In this document: positions 39,154 to 49,173 of the stretch, piece after piece
How the letters are laid out: each line of letters opens with the position of its first letter
Numbering within the stretch: position 1 is the stretch's first letter
Assembly (NCBI GenBank): GCA_036676985.1
Contig: JAKFBU010000023.1
Coordinates: 192,001-256,000 of the forward strand
Direction of reading: 5' to 3'
DNA length: 64,000 bases
From: Candidatus Sericytochromatia bacterium
GTDB taxonomy: Bacteria > Cyanobacteriota > Sericytochromatia > S15B-MN24 > UBA4093
Notes under the pieces: model-generated
What the model saw: only the letters and a program-made list of their open reading frames with translations
Databases searched by the model: none
What the model was told of the DNA's origin: nothing
Made by a program: the position numbers and the translations under genes

Positions 39154-40461
39154 CTAGGGCGAGGCGACCGGGGCCGGCGCGGCCTGGGCGATGGCCTGCG
39201 CGATCGCCTGGGCGTCCATGGCCACGTTCAGGCTCTCGCGCGTATCGGAGCGCTTTAGCTGAACCTGGCCCGTCGCAACCTCATCGTCACCCATAATAAC
39301 GAGCCATTTGGCATTGAGCTTTTCTGCCAACTCCAATTGCTTCTTGAGCTTTCGCGCGCCAAAGCTTACCTCGACTTGCCTATTATAAAGCCGATTCGAT
39401 AGCATGAAGTGGCGCAAATCGTGCGCGAGCTTAAAGCCAGCCACTTCAGCGGCCGCGCCAAGTGTCGCGATGAAAATGTCCACTTCATCGCGAGGCTTCT
39501 GCTTATCCAAGAGGATTGCAAGTCGCTCCTCACCGAAGGCCCAGCCCACCGCCGGGGTGGGAGGACCGCCCAGCTCCTCGACGAGCTTGTCATAACGGCC
39601 GCCCGCGCACACCGTGTCCTGGCTGCCGAGACCGCTCTCGGCCACGATCTCGAACACCGTGCGGGTGTAGTAGTCGAGCCCGCGCACCAGGCGCGGGTTG
39701 AGGCGGCTCTGGACGCCCACCGCGTCCAGGTAGGCGAGCAGGCTCGCCTGGTGGGTCCGGCACTCCGCGCAGAGCACGTCCTGCAGGCTCGGCGCCCCCT
39801 GGTTGACGTCCTTGCAGGCGGGCACCTTGCAGTCGAGCACCCGCAGGGGGTTGGTGTCCATGCGCTCCAGGCAGGTCTCGCAGTAGTCGGCCTGCTTCTC
39901 CTGGAAGTAGGCGACGAGGCGATCGCGGTACGCCGGCCGGCAGACCTCGCAGCCGAGGCTGTTGAGCTCCACGCGCAGGTTGGGGACCTCGAGGGCGGCG
40001 AAGATGTCCAGCGCGAGGGTGATGGCCTCGGCGTCCGCCTTGGGATCCGCCGAGCCCAACAGCTCGATGCCGATCTGGTTGAACTGGCGCTGGCGCCCTG
40101 CCTGGGGGCGCTCGTAGCGGAACATGGGCCCGCCGTACCAAAACTTGACCGGAGCCGGCATGGTCGCGTACAGCTTGCCCTGCACGTAGGCCCGCACCAC
40201 GCCCGCGGTCCCCTCGGGGCGCAGGGTGATGGAGCGATCGCCGCGGTCGGAGAAGGTGTACATCTCCTTGCTGACGATGTCGGTGGCGTCCCCGATGCCG
40301 CGCGCAAAGAGCTCCGTCGCCTCGAAGATGGGCGTGCGGATCTCGTGGTAGTGGTAGCGGTGGAAGAGCCGCCGCGCCGCGTCCTCGATCCGATTCCACA
40401 AGAGCGACTCGGGCGGCAGGACGTCGCGCGTCCCGCGCTGGGCGCTGATCATGTTGGCCAC
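39154..40461 (-). CDS. hisS: Histidine--tRNA ligase
   Basis: RGTRD, LRPEGTA, FRYERPQAGR, LVRGLDYY, GGRYD. Confidence 0.97.
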   Translation of the reverse strand: MANMISAQRGTRDVLPPESLLWNRIEDAARRLFHRYHYHEIRTPIFEATELFARGIGDATDIVSKEMYTFSDRGDRSITLRPEGTAGVVRAYVQGKLYATMPAPVKFWYGGPMFRYERPQAGRQRQFNQIGIELLGSADPKADAEAITLALDIFAALEVPNLRVELNSLGCEVCRPAYRDRLVAYFQEKQADYCETCLERMDTNPLRVLDCKVPACKDVNQGAPSLQDVLCAECRTHQASLLAYLDAVGVQSRLNPRLVRGLDYYTRTVFEIVAESGLGSQDTVCAGGRYDKLVEELGGPPTPAVGWAFGEERLAILLDKQKPRDEVDIFIATLGAAAEVAGFKLAHDLRHFMLSNRLYNRQVEVSFGARKLKKQLELAEKLNAKWLVIMGDDEVATGQVQLKRSDTRESLNVAMDAQAIAQAIAQAAPAPVASP

Positions 40462-40567
40462 GCCAGACCTCTTTCTACGTTGCGTCTCAAACAAACGCCC
40501 TCACCCCGAGCGCCTGCGGCTCTTCCGTAGGGGAGTGAGGGTGTGACTCCTGATGGGGGTAGGGTGG

Positions 40568-40741
40568 CTACTCCTCGAACATGCGCTTGAGGTACCAGCC
40601 GCACCAGAACAGGATGAGCCCCATGAAGAACGTGCTCATCTCGGGGCCCATGCCCTGGGTGACCCCCAGGTAGAGCGCGAACGGCATGTGCATCATGCCG
40701 ATCAGCATGAGCCCGTTCGAGATAACCTGCTTGCCACCCAT
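40568..40741 (-). CDS. Small two-TM membrane protein (57 aa)
   Basis: GGAGGG SD, two hydrophobic segments, high GC3. Confidence 0.6.
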   Translation of the reverse strand: MGGKQVISNGLMLIGMMHMPFALYLGVTQGMGPEMSTFFMGLILFWCGWYLKRMFEE

Positions 40742-40816
40742 GGCGCATCCCCTCCCGCGCATGATCCCGGAAACCGCGACGGGGGCAACCGATGGTCGCC
40801 CCCGATCGACAGTATT

Positions 40817-41578
40817 CTACGGCTTTTGCAGGAAACCGAAAATCCCCTGCACCGTCGTATCCCGCTTGAGGGCCGCGAGGGACTCCGTGAGCGGGATGCC
40901 CTTGGGGCAGGACCGGACGCAGTTCTGCGAGTTGCCGCAGTCATTGACGCCGCCCATGCCCATCAGGGACTCCACGCGCTCGGCCTTGTGCATCTTGCCG
41001 GACGGGTGGAGGTTGAAGAGGCGCGCCTGGCTCACGGCCATCGGACCGATGAACGGCGAGCGATCGTTGACGTTGGGGCAGACCTCGAGGCAGATGCCGC
41101 AGCTCATGCAGCGCGAGAGGTTGTAGGCCACCTCCTGCACCTCGGGGCTCTGGCGCGGGCCAGGGCCGAGGTCGTGGCTGCCGTCGATGTCGATCCACGC
41201 ATGCACCTGCTTCAGCGAGTCGAAGAGGCGCGTGCGGTCCACGATCAGGTCGCGGACGATCGGGAAGGTGCTCATGGGCTCGAGCGTGATGGGCTCGCCG
41301 TTGGGAGCGAGGTTCTTGATCAGCGCCGAGCAGGCCGACATGGGCTTGCCGTTGATGACCATCTGGCAGGTGCCGCACACCTGCTCGAGGCAGGACGCCT
41401 CCCAGATGGCCGGGGTGGTCTTCTCACCCTTGGCGTTGACCGGGTTCCGCTGGACCTCCATGAGCGCCATGATGACGTTCATGCCCTCCGAGTAAGGAAC
41501 CTTGAACTCCTCCCAGGTGGACGGCTTGTCGGGGCCGTCCTGGCGCTTGATGCGAAGCGTGACGGTGGACGGAGGCAT
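40817..41578 (-). CDS. sdhB: Succinate dehydrogenase Fe-S subunit
   Basis: CLEQVCGTC, CMSCGICLEVCP, CGNSQNCVRSCP. Confidence 0.96.
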   Translation of the reverse strand: MPPSTVTLRIKRQDGPDKPSTWEEFKVPYSEGMNVIMALMEVQRNPVNAKGEKTTPAIWEASCLEQVCGTCQMVINGKPMSACSALIKNLAPNGEPITLEPMSTFPIVRDLIVDRTRLFDSLKQVHAWIDIDGSHDLGPGPRQSPEVQEVAYNLSRCMSCGICLEVCPNVNDRSPFIGPMAVSQARLFNLHPSGKMHKAERVESLMGMGGVNDCGNSQNCVRSCPKGIPLTESLAALKRDTTVQGIFGFLQKP

Positions 41579-43440
41579 TACTTCGACTCCTCTCTGGTCT
41601 TGCGGTCCTCGGTGTGCATCCCGACGGCCGAGGTCTGGGCCTCGACGGAGCCGGGCGCGGGCGTGGTCGCAGAGGCCTGCTTATCGACGTCGTACTTGCG
41701 GGGGCGCGGCTTGATGAGGCTCACGTCCACGTCCGCGTAAGTGATCTCGGGGCCGTTCGGCGTCCACTTGGCCATGGTGGTCTTGAGGAAGTTGGCGTCG
41801 TCGCGCTCCGGGAAATCGGGCTTGTAGTGGGCGCCGCGGCTCTCGTTGCGGAGGAGCGCGCCCTTGGTGATGACCTTGGCGAGCTCGATCATGTTCCAGA
41901 GCTGACGGGTGAAGGGCACCGCCTGGTTGGTCCAGGGACCGACGTCGTCGATGTTCACCTTCTTCCAGCGCTCGGAGAGCGTGTCGAGGTGCGCGAGGGT
42001 CTTCTCGAGCTTGTCGTTGTAGCGGACGACCGTGACGTTGTCCGTCATCCACTCGCCCAGCTCCTTGTGCAGGAGGTAGGGGTTCTCCGTGCCGCGCATG
42101 GCGAGGATCTGGTTGTACTTGTCCTGCTCACGCTTGACGGCCGCGTCCACCACCGAGCTCTTGACCTCGGTCTTGGCCGCGTTCTTCATGAACTTGGCGG
42201 AGGCGGGGCCCGCCACCATGCCGGCGTAGACCGTCGACAGGAGCGAGTTGGCGCCCAGGCGGTTGCCGCCATGGATCGAGTAGTCGGCCTCACCGACCGC
42301 GAACAGGCCGGGGATGTTGGTCATCTGGTCGTAGTCGACCCACAGGCCGCCCATGGTGTAGTGCATGCCGGGGAAGATCTTCATGGGGACGCGCTTGGGG
42401 TCGTCGCCGACGAACATCTCGTAGATCTCGAGCACACCGCCCAGCTTGCGCTCGAGCATGTGCGGGTCGAGGTGGCTGACGTCCAGGTAGACCTGGTTCT
42501 CGCCGTTGACGCCGAGCTTCATCTCGACGCAGACCTTGAAGATGGCGCGGGTCGCGATGTCGCGGGGCACCAGGTTGCCGTAGGCGGGATACATGGTCTC
42601 GAGGAAGTACCAGGGCTCGCCCTTGGGGGGACGCCCGTCGTTGCCGTCCGAAGGCACCCACACCCGGCCGCCCTCGCCGCGGATCGACTCGGACATGAGG
42701 CGCAGCTTGTCGCCGCCCGGGATCGACGTCGGGTGGACCTGGATGAACTCGCCGTTGGCGTAGGTGGCGCCCTGCTGGTAGACCGCGCCCTGCGCCGTAC
42801 CGGTGTTGATAAGCGAGTTGGTGCTCTTGCCGAAGATCATGCCGATGCCGCCGGTGGCGAGCACGGTCGCGCCCGCGGTGAAGGCCTTGATCTCCATGGT
42901 CTTCAGGTGCTGGCAGACGACGCCGCGGCAGATGCCCTCGTCGTCGAGGATGGCCGAGAGGAACTCCCAGCCCTCGTACTTGTTGACCTTGCCGGCCACT
43001 TCCCAGCGGCGCACCTGCTCGTCCAGGGCGTAGAGGAGCTGCTGACCGGTGGTCGCGCCCGCGAACGCCGTGCGGTGGTGCTTGGTGCCGCCGAAGCGAC
43101 GGAAGTCGAGGAGGCCTTCCGGGGTGCGGTTGAAGGGCACGCCCATCCGGTCGAAGAGGTAGATGATGCCGGGAGCGGCCTCGCACATGGCCTTGACGGG
43201 GGGCTGGTTGGCGAGGAAGTCACCGCCGTAGACGGTGTCGTCGAAGTGCTCCCAGGGGCTGTCGCCCTCGCCCTTGGTGTTGACCGCGCCGTTGATGCCG
43301 CCCTGCGCGCACACCGAGTGCGAGCGCTTGACCGGCACCAGGCTGAAGAGGTCGACGTTGACGCCGGCCTCGGCGGCCTTGATGACGGTCATCAGACCGG
43401 CAAGACCGCCGCCGACGACGATGATCCGATTAGCGTCCAT
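41578..43440 (-). CDS. sdhA: Succinate dehydrogenase flavoprotein
   Basis: GGGLAG, RSHSVCAQGG, HGGNRLGANSL, ESRGAH. Confidence 0.97.
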   Translation of the reverse strand: MDANRIIVVGGGLAGLMTVIKAAEAGVNVDLFSLVPVKRSHSVCAQGGINGAVNTKGEGDSPWEHFDDTVYGGDFLANQPPVKAMCEAAPGIIYLFDRMGVPFNRTPEGLLDFRRFGGTKHHRTAFAGATTGQQLLYALDEQVRRWEVAGKVNKYEGWEFLSAILDDEGICRGVVCQHLKTMEIKAFTAGATVLATGGIGMIFGKSTNSLINTGTAQGAVYQQGATYANGEFIQVHPTSIPGGDKLRLMSESIRGEGGRVWVPSDGNDGRPPKGEPWYFLETMYPAYGNLVPRDIATRAIFKVCVEMKLGVNGENQVYLDVSHLDPHMLERKLGGVLEIYEMFVGDDPKRVPMKIFPGMHYTMGGLWVDYDQMTNIPGLFAVGEADYSIHGGNRLGANSLLSTVYAGMVAGPASAKFMKNAAKTEVKSSVVDAAVKREQDKYNQILAMRGTENPYLLHKELGEWMTDNVTVVRYNDKLEKTLAHLDTLSERWKKVNIDDVGPWTNQAVPFTRQLWNMIELAKVITKGALLRNESRGAHYKPDFPERDDANFLKTTMAKWTPNGPEITYADVDVSLIKPRPRKYDVDKQASATTPAPGSVEAQTSAVGMHTEDRKTREESK

Positions 43441-44161
43441 TCGCTACCTCTTTCTGGATGACGAGCGTTGCAGCTTGATTCTGGTGGACGGCGCCGTGGC
43501 CGGCATCCGGGGTGACCGGGTTGCGGAAGGCGATGAGTGCCGAGATGCCGAGAGCCGAAACGCCGAGCCACACGACGATCATGGCGATCGACGACACCTG
43601 CTGGGCCTTCATGCTGACGGTGAAGCCCCAGTCGATGAGGAACTCCCACAGGCCGTTGGCAAAGTGGTAGGCGCTCGCAATGACGCCGATGGCGTAGAAG
43701 ACGGCCATGGCAGGCTCCTGAAGGTGCATCACGACCTTGCCGAAGCCCGAGCCTGCAAATCCATACTTCTCAATGGTATAGCCGATGGGCGTGCCCTGGA
43801 AGCGCATGAACCACGAATGGTAGGCAAGGAAGACCAGCATGAACAAGCCCGACAAGCGCTGAAGCGTGAAGTTCCAGTTGCGCGCGTAGGGGAACTTGAA
43901 GGGGTTGTTCTTGGCGATGAAGCCGACCCAGACGCCGAAGACCGAGTGGTAGATCAAAGGCAGGTAGATAAGGCCGAACTCCCAAACCCAAAGGTGGGGT
44001 AGCGTCTCCACGAGCTCGACTTTGGCCTCGAAGGCCGGCGCGCCCTGAATGGCATACGCGTTGATCATCAAGTGGACGATCATGTAGAAGCCGAGCGGCA
44101 TGACGCCCGTAAACTGGTGCAGCTTCCTTAGGAGGAAGTAATTCTTGTTCGACACGCCCAT
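43430..44161 (-). CDS. sdhC: Succinate dehydrogenase cytochrome b558 (Bacillus-type single anchor)
   Basis: LRKLHQFTG, QRLSG, HFANGLW; first gene of sdhCAB. Confidence 0.92.
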   Translation of the reverse strand: MGVSNKNYFLLRKLHQFTGVMPLGFYMIVHLMINAYAIQGAPAFEAKVELVETLPHLWVWEFGLIYLPLIYHSVFGVWVGFIAKNNPFKFPYARNWNFTLQRLSGLFMLVFLAYHSWFMRFQGTPIGYTIEKYGFAGSGFGKVVMHLQEPAMAVFYAIGVIASAYHFANGLWEFLIDWGFTVSMKAQQVSSIAMIVVWLGVSALGISALIAFRNPVTPDAGHGAVHQNQAATLVIQKEVANGR

Positions 44162-44391
44162 CGAAGTTTCAAACTCCTTTCGACTGCGCTCGGAGTCGAT
44201 CGGAAATCGCTCGAAGCGGCTCGGGGCCTGGTTGGGGCACTGGTGCGGGATCTAAAACGAAGATTAAGGGTCAGTTTAATCCTAGCAAATCGGCTGGCGA
44301 TCGTCACGTCACTGAAACAAAACTATGGGCTCGGCCCCAAGACAGCAGCCGCGGCGATCGCCGCGGCTGCAAAGGGCATGATGAAGGGATT

Positions 44392-45867
44392 CTAACGGGT
44401 CCAGACCGCGTTGAAGGGGCCCCAGTTACCCTGGGCGTCCCGGGCATGGACCAGCGCCAGACGCTTGGAGCCGCCGGCCGGAAGCGTGAAGCCCTGGGCG
44501 GTCTTCTGGAGCGCCGTGCCGCTGCCGGGCGCACCCGCCTTGCCGTAGAACACCTCGGCAGCCACGGCGTCGGGGGCCTGGAAGGTCGAGCTCTCGCTGA
44601 TGGAGGGCTTGAGCTCGGGGCCGAAGACATCGGCCGGGTTGTCGGCCGTCTTCAGGAGGTACATGGCCCCGGGCAGGTTCTCCTTCCAGAACTGGCCGAT
44701 CTTGGCATAGGGAGGATCGAAGCCGTCCTGGTAGGTCCCGATCTCCGCGGTGTAGCAAAGGATGCCGAGCTCGCCGAAGGCCCAGTCGTTGGTGGTACCG
44801 CCGTGAACGTAGAGCCCGGCCGACTGCTTGGCGCCGTAGCCCGCGAACTGCGCGAGCTTCTTGCCGATGGCGGGCAGGCGCTTGTCGGGAGGAGCCTCGT
44901 GCGTGTAGCCCCAGGGCCACAGGATCACGTTGCTGAAGGAGTGGTAGCTCAGGGCGTAGACGAACTTACGGCTGGTCAGCAGAGCCTTCATGGCCTGGGT
45001 CTCGGGCTCCGAGAAGGGAGCCGACCCGCGGAAGGTGGCGTCATCCGGATTCTTGGAGCTGCCGGCCGGGGCCTTGTCCCACGAGTAGCCGTAGTTGCGG
45101 TTGAGGTCGACGCCAGGACCCTCGGGACCGTAGCCGAAGTTGCTCAGGCCGTACGAGGTGTCCGTGTTCTTGCGCCAATCCTTGCCCTGCTCGGCGAGCA
45201 CGTGGCCGTCCGGGTTGACCATGGGCACCACCCAGATCTCGCGGTTGTCCACGGCGAAGGTGGCCTCGGCGTCCTTGCCGTAGTTGGCGAGCAGGTGCTC
45301 GGCAAGCATGTAGGAGATCTCGGAGGTCACGAGCTCGCGGGCATGGTGCTCGCCCAAGAAGGCCACGCCAGGCTTGCTGGCGAGGTCTCCGGTGCCGATG
45401 CGCAGGCCCCAGATGTCCCGGTCGGCCTTGCCCTTGGTCTTCTCCCAAGAGTCTCCGAGGTCGACGAGCTTGCAAAGGTTGGGGTACTTGGCGGCGAGGG
45501 CCTTCATGTCCTGTACCATCTTCTCGTAGGTCCGGTACTTGGGATCATAGCTGTTCTCGTCGCGCAGGTCGGCCCGGTACTTGACCGTGAGGCCGAGCTC
45601 CTTGGCCGCCTCGAGCGTGCGCTTGTCACCGGTGCCGTAAGCCACGTCGTCCGTGACGCCCCACAGGTCCAGCCCGCTGTTGACGAGCTTGGTCAGCTGC
45701 TCGGAGGTCTTGTAGGGAATGGCCACCGGCACGCTGCGCTTCTTCTCCAGGGCCTGCAGCATCGCGCGCTCATTGCCGTTGGAGGGGGCCGCCATCGGCA
45801 GGCCGCAGCCCGTCAGGAAGGCCAGGGCCAGAAGGCCCGTCAAGAGGCGCGTGCGGGACTTGAGCAT
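44392..45867 (-). CDS. M14 zinc carboxypeptidase (carboxypeptidase T-like) lipoprotein
   Basis: Lipobox LTGC; HHARE, NPDG, GVDLNRNY, FSEPET, YHSF. Confidence 0.92.
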   Translation of the reverse strand: MLKSRTRLLTGLLALAFLTGCGLPMAAPSNGNERAMLQALEKKRSVPVAIPYKTSEQLTKLVNSGLDLWGVTDDVAYGTGDKRTLEAAKELGLTVKYRADLRDENSYDPKYRTYEKMVQDMKALAAKYPNLCKLVDLGDSWEKTKGKADRDIWGLRIGTGDLASKPGVAFLGEHHARELVTSEISYMLAEHLLANYGKDAEATFAVDNREIWVVPMVNPDGHVLAEQGKDWRKNTDTSYGLSNFGYGPEGPGVDLNRNYGYSWDKAPAGSSKNPDDATFRGSAPFSEPETQAMKALLTSRKFVYALSYHSFSNVILWPWGYTHEAPPDKRLPAIGKKLAQFAGYGAKQSAGLYVHGGTTNDWAFGELGILCYTAEIGTYQDGFDPPYAKIGQFWKENLPGAMYLLKTADNPADVFGPELKPSISESSTFQAPDAVAAEVFYGKAGAPGSGTALQKTAQGFTLPAGGSKRLALVHARDAQGNWGPFNAVWTR

Positions 45868-46008
45868 CGAGGGCGTTCTCCTTCAAACAATTAATGGTTC
45901 GTGAAATCCATTTTAAACCCACGTTTGCTTTTTATCGTGCCGCCCCCCTCAAACTTGCGCATGAAAAAGAGGGGGCGACGCCCCCTCCGGATGTTCGCTC
46001 ATTCGCCC

Positions 46009-46512
46009 CTAGAGGATCTGCTCGACCTGCTCGACGCTGGGCAGCTGGTGGCCCTGGTAGCGGATGGCCCCCGTCTTGTCGATGAGGACGATGTTGGGAA
46101 TGCCCCGGACGCCGTATTGGTTGGAGACCGCCCCGTCGGTATCGAGGACCGTCGAGTAGGTGACGCCCTTTTCCTGGACGAAGCTCGTGACCTTGTCCGG
46201 GGACTCCTGGATGTTGACCCCGATCAGATCGACCGGCTTGCCCTGCAGGGACTGCGCGAGCTGGTTGGCGCGAGGAACCTCCTCACGACAGGCCCCTCAC
46301 CACGAGGCCCAGAAGATCAACACCTTGCTCCGCTTGTCGACGGTCGGATCGACCGTGACGTTCTGGCCGGTGGGCGTCGCGAGCGTGAAGGAGTGGGCCT
46401 GCTGGTCGCCGCCCGACTTGGCGCAGGCCACCAGGACCATCGCCAGTCCCAGGACCGTGCCCACGCGAGCGCGCATGGAGCGCCCGCGGCTCGAGAAATT
46501 CGCATCGTGCAT
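46009..46512 (-). CDS. TlpA-family thioredoxin-like lipoprotein, predicted selenoprotein (in-frame UGA at 46297-46299)
   Basis: AAGGAGG SD, lipobox LVAC, FWASW-UGA-GACREEVP; frame continues through YGVRGIP to TAG at 46009. Confidence 0.85.
46272..46299 (-). promoter_or_regulatory. Candidate bacterial SECIS hairpin
   Basis: U-GAGGGGCCU-GUCGUGAGG-AGGUUCCUC: 9-bp stem (two G-U) beginning at the UGA. Confidence 0.55.
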
Positions 46513-46704
46513 AGCAGCCTCCTTGTATGGGCCGCGCGCTGCCGCTTGCGCGCTTTTGGGGATCTTAGCACAAAACCCGGTCTCCCCCGACCTACTCTCC
46601 AAGGGATCGATCCTGTTTAGTTAGCGAAGTCTCGTTGTGATGTCCGCTTGCCTGAGACACTGAGCAGGCAAGGGGCAGCCGAGAGTTAACAGGAGGAAAC
46701 CTGC

Positions 46705-47415
46705 ATGCCTAGGCTTTACCGTTGGACCCTTGCCGGTACGCTTGCGCTCGCCCTGCCCGCGCTGGTGGGCTTCGAGGGCAACCCGCCCCAGGCCGTCGAG
46801 CCTCCCACCCCCACGCTCGAGGTCTTGCAGCAGGCGCTCTTGGCGCGGGACTACTTCTTCCCGTCCTCGGCGACCATGCGCGCCGTCTACAGCTTCAGCG
46901 AGTCGACGCAGGTGCCCTCGCAGGCGGCCCAGCAGATGTCCGGCACCTTGACCGTCACGGTCGTGAGCTACAGCCCGACCCAGGCGGTGGTCCGCACCAC
47001 CAGCACGTCGACCGGCGAAGGCGGACAGCCCAGCACCCAGACCGCCGACACCACGCTCACCATCGAAGCGGACGGCACCGTGGTCTCGAGCGCCACCTCC
47101 CAGCGCCGATCCAACGACATCTTCACGAGCGGCGGGGGCGTGGTGGCTCCGGCCTCGGGCTCCGAGATTCCCGAGATCCGCGCGCGCATGGTGGGCACCG
47201 AGACCGTCACCGTGCCCGCGGGCACCTACCAGACCGTCCGCCTGCAGGAGGGACTGGCCGCCCAGGGCGCTCCGCAGTATGACGTGTGGGTGGCCAGGGG
47301 CGTGGGCATCGTGCGCAAGCGCATGGACGCCACCTACCCCGTGCCGACCGGGCAGAACCAGACGGCGCAGGCTCGAACCACCTACGAGATGAGGCTCGAC
47401 AGCTTCACGCCCTAG
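46705..47415 (+). CDS. Secreted beta-rich protein with VTVPAGTY motif (paralog 1)
   Basis: AGGAGG SD; signal peptide; RDYFFPSSAT, ADGTV, ETVTVPAGTY, VWVARGVGIVR. Confidence 0.78.
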   Translation: MPRLYRWTLAGTLALALPALVGFEGNPPQAVEPPTPTLEVLQQALLARDYFFPSSATMRAVYSFSESTQVPSQAAQQMSGTLTVTVVSYSPTQAVVRTTSTSTGEGGQPSTQTADTTLTIEADGTVVSSATSQRRSNDIFTSGGGVVAPASGSEIPEIRARMVGTETVTVPAGTYQTVRLQEGLAAQGAPQYDVWVARGVGIVRKRMDATYPVPTGQNQTAQARTTYEMRLDSFTP

Positions 47416-47513
47416 GCGACCTCTCCATTCATACAACTTTATGACGTTTTGTGTATCATGTCGGAAGCTTGTCCTCCAAGCCCTCCCTCTACCGCCCAGA
47501 CAAGGAGAACGAC

Positions 47514-48251
47514 GTGACACGAAGCATGACGTGGCCCACGGCCGGCGGCTCCCTCTTGATGGGGGCCGCCCTGGTTCTAGCCGGTTGCCCCATGGACGGC
47601 CACCCCCCCTCTCACACTCCGACCACCGCGCCGGGTGACGTCTCCGCGACGGAGTACCAGCCGCGCGACTACTTCTATCCGGCGTCGGCGACCCAGCGCA
47701 ACGTCCTCCTCTTGACCTCGACGGTCGACCTCCCCGGGACGATGACGGACGAGGTGGCCACCGCGAGCCTCACCTCCGAGGTCACGGCCTATGGGGCCAA
47801 CACCGCCGAGGTGCGGTCGACCAACTCCTTCACCCTGCCGGGCACCGGCGGCTCGAGCCCCGTGGCTTCCAGCTCGGTCTCGACGGCCTCCTTCCGCGTC
47901 GAGGCCGACGGGACGGTCTTGGTCACCATGGACGAGGGCATCGAGCGCTACCCGCGGGGCGTGTTCACCAGTGCCGGAGCGATCATCGGGGGCCAGGGCG
48001 GCGGAGTCATCCGCATGTCGCTCGAAGGCGGACCGGAGGCGGTCCAGGTCCCGGCCGGGCCGTTCAGCGCCCTGCGCTTCACCATCCGGACCATCGACGG
48101 CGACTACCGGTCCTGGTATGCCCGCCAGGTGGGCTCCGTGCGCACGGACAGCACGGGCACCTTCTCGGTGGTGGTCGGCACGCCGCCCGCGACCTCGAGT
48201 GCGGTGGCGACCGTGAGCACCCGCGTCGAGCTCGTCTCGCGCACGCCGTAA
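47514..48251 (+). CDS. Lipoprotein with VQVPAGPF motif (paralog 2)
   Basis: Lipobox LAGC; RDYFYPASAT, ADGTV, WYARQVGSVR. Confidence 0.78.
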   Translation: MTRSMTWPTAGGSLLMGAALVLAGCPMDGHPPSHTPTTAPGDVSATEYQPRDYFYPASATQRNVLLLTSTVDLPGTMTDEVATASLTSEVTAYGANTAEVRSTNSFTLPGTGGSSPVASSSVSTASFRVEADGTVLVTMDEGIERYPRGVFTSAGAIIGGQGGGVIRMSLEGGPEAVQVPAGPFSALRFTIRTIDGDYRSWYARQVGSVRTDSTGTFSVVVGTPPATSSAVATVSTRVELVSRTP

Positions 48252-48288
48252 CGGCGAGGGGGCCGCGGAAATCCGCGGCCCCCTCGGC

Positions 48289-49062
48289 CTACAGGTTGTA
48301 GAGGCGGATGAGCTTCTTGTCCGTCTCGCCCTCGATGGTGGCCTCGACCTCCAGGTAGCCTTCGATGCCGCTGCTCTTGAGCTTGTGCTTGAGCAGCTCG
48401 TCGAGCTGGTAGATGCCCGCCGAGTTGTTCATCGTGATCTCGATGAGCACCGGCTTGGACTCTCCCTTCTTGAGGTGCACGGACTCGATGGCCATGGCCG
48501 AGACGGAGTGGATGTTGACCTTGCCGGCCTCGAAGGGAATGCGCGATCGCCCCTGCGAGATGTCCAGGGCGTTCGCCACCTTGACCACGCCCGCCTCGAT
48601 GGTCAGGCACTGCTCGTCGGGCTTGTGGGCGATGATCGCATGCAGCACCTCCGAGGAGATGGTGAGCTGATCGGCCGGCTCGTAGATCCCCGCGAGCAGC
48701 TTGGGCAGCTGGCGATTGGCGATGAAGAGGCTGTAGGTTTCGTGGCGATCGCGATGCACCGCCATGCCCAGGTCGTGCAGCAAGGAGCCGAGCACCACCA
48801 CCACCTCGGCGTCGTCGGGCGTGAGGCCGTGGTCCTTGACCACGCTCGGCTCGATGCCCGCGTCCACCAGGAGGCGCATGAGCTTGAGGGCCATGTTGGC
48901 GACGATCTTGACGTGCACGTAGCCGTGGTCGCTCATCTTCATGCGATCGACGGCGTTGATGTTCGCACAGCGCCAGTACTGGGCGAGCTCGGCGTCGTGG
49001 TCGACGCGCGCGAGCACCTGCTCCAGGCGCTGGTTCTGCTTGACGGGAATGTTGATCGGCAT
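48289..49062 (-). CDS. HD-domain phosphohydrolase
   Basis: DHGYVHVKIV, LLHDLG, GRSRIPF, IHSVSA. Confidence 0.88.
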   Translation of the reverse strand: MPINIPVKQNQRLEQVLARVDHDAELAQYWRCANINAVDRMKMSDHGYVHVKIVANMALKLMRLLVDAGIEPSVVKDHGLTPDDAEVVVVLGSLLHDLGMAVHRDRHETYSLFIANRQLPKLLAGIYEPADQLTISSEVLHAIIAHKPDEQCLTIEAGVVKVANALDISQGRSRIPFEAGKVNIHSVSAMAIESVHLKKGESKPVLIEITMNNSAGIYQLDELLKHKLKSSGIEGYLEVEATIEGETDKKLIRLYNL

Positions 49063-49173
49063 CGATCCTGGCTTTCTAGTTCGGGGCGGCGTCATGCCAG
49101 TATACCCAGCCGACCCCGGGCCCATCCATGGGCAAAGGCCGGGCTGAGCCCGGCCTTTGCTGGGACCTGCGGC

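Noticed and set aside
43750-44161. Lower GC in 5' part of sdhC as horizontal transfer
   Set aside because: Mild, at an operon start, and explained by Phe/Ile/Tyr-rich membrane sequence
46297-46299. UGA as a pseudogene stop or reassigned genetic code
   Set aside because: It falls exactly on the catalytic Cys position with an intact downstream frame; other genes here use TGA as a normal stop
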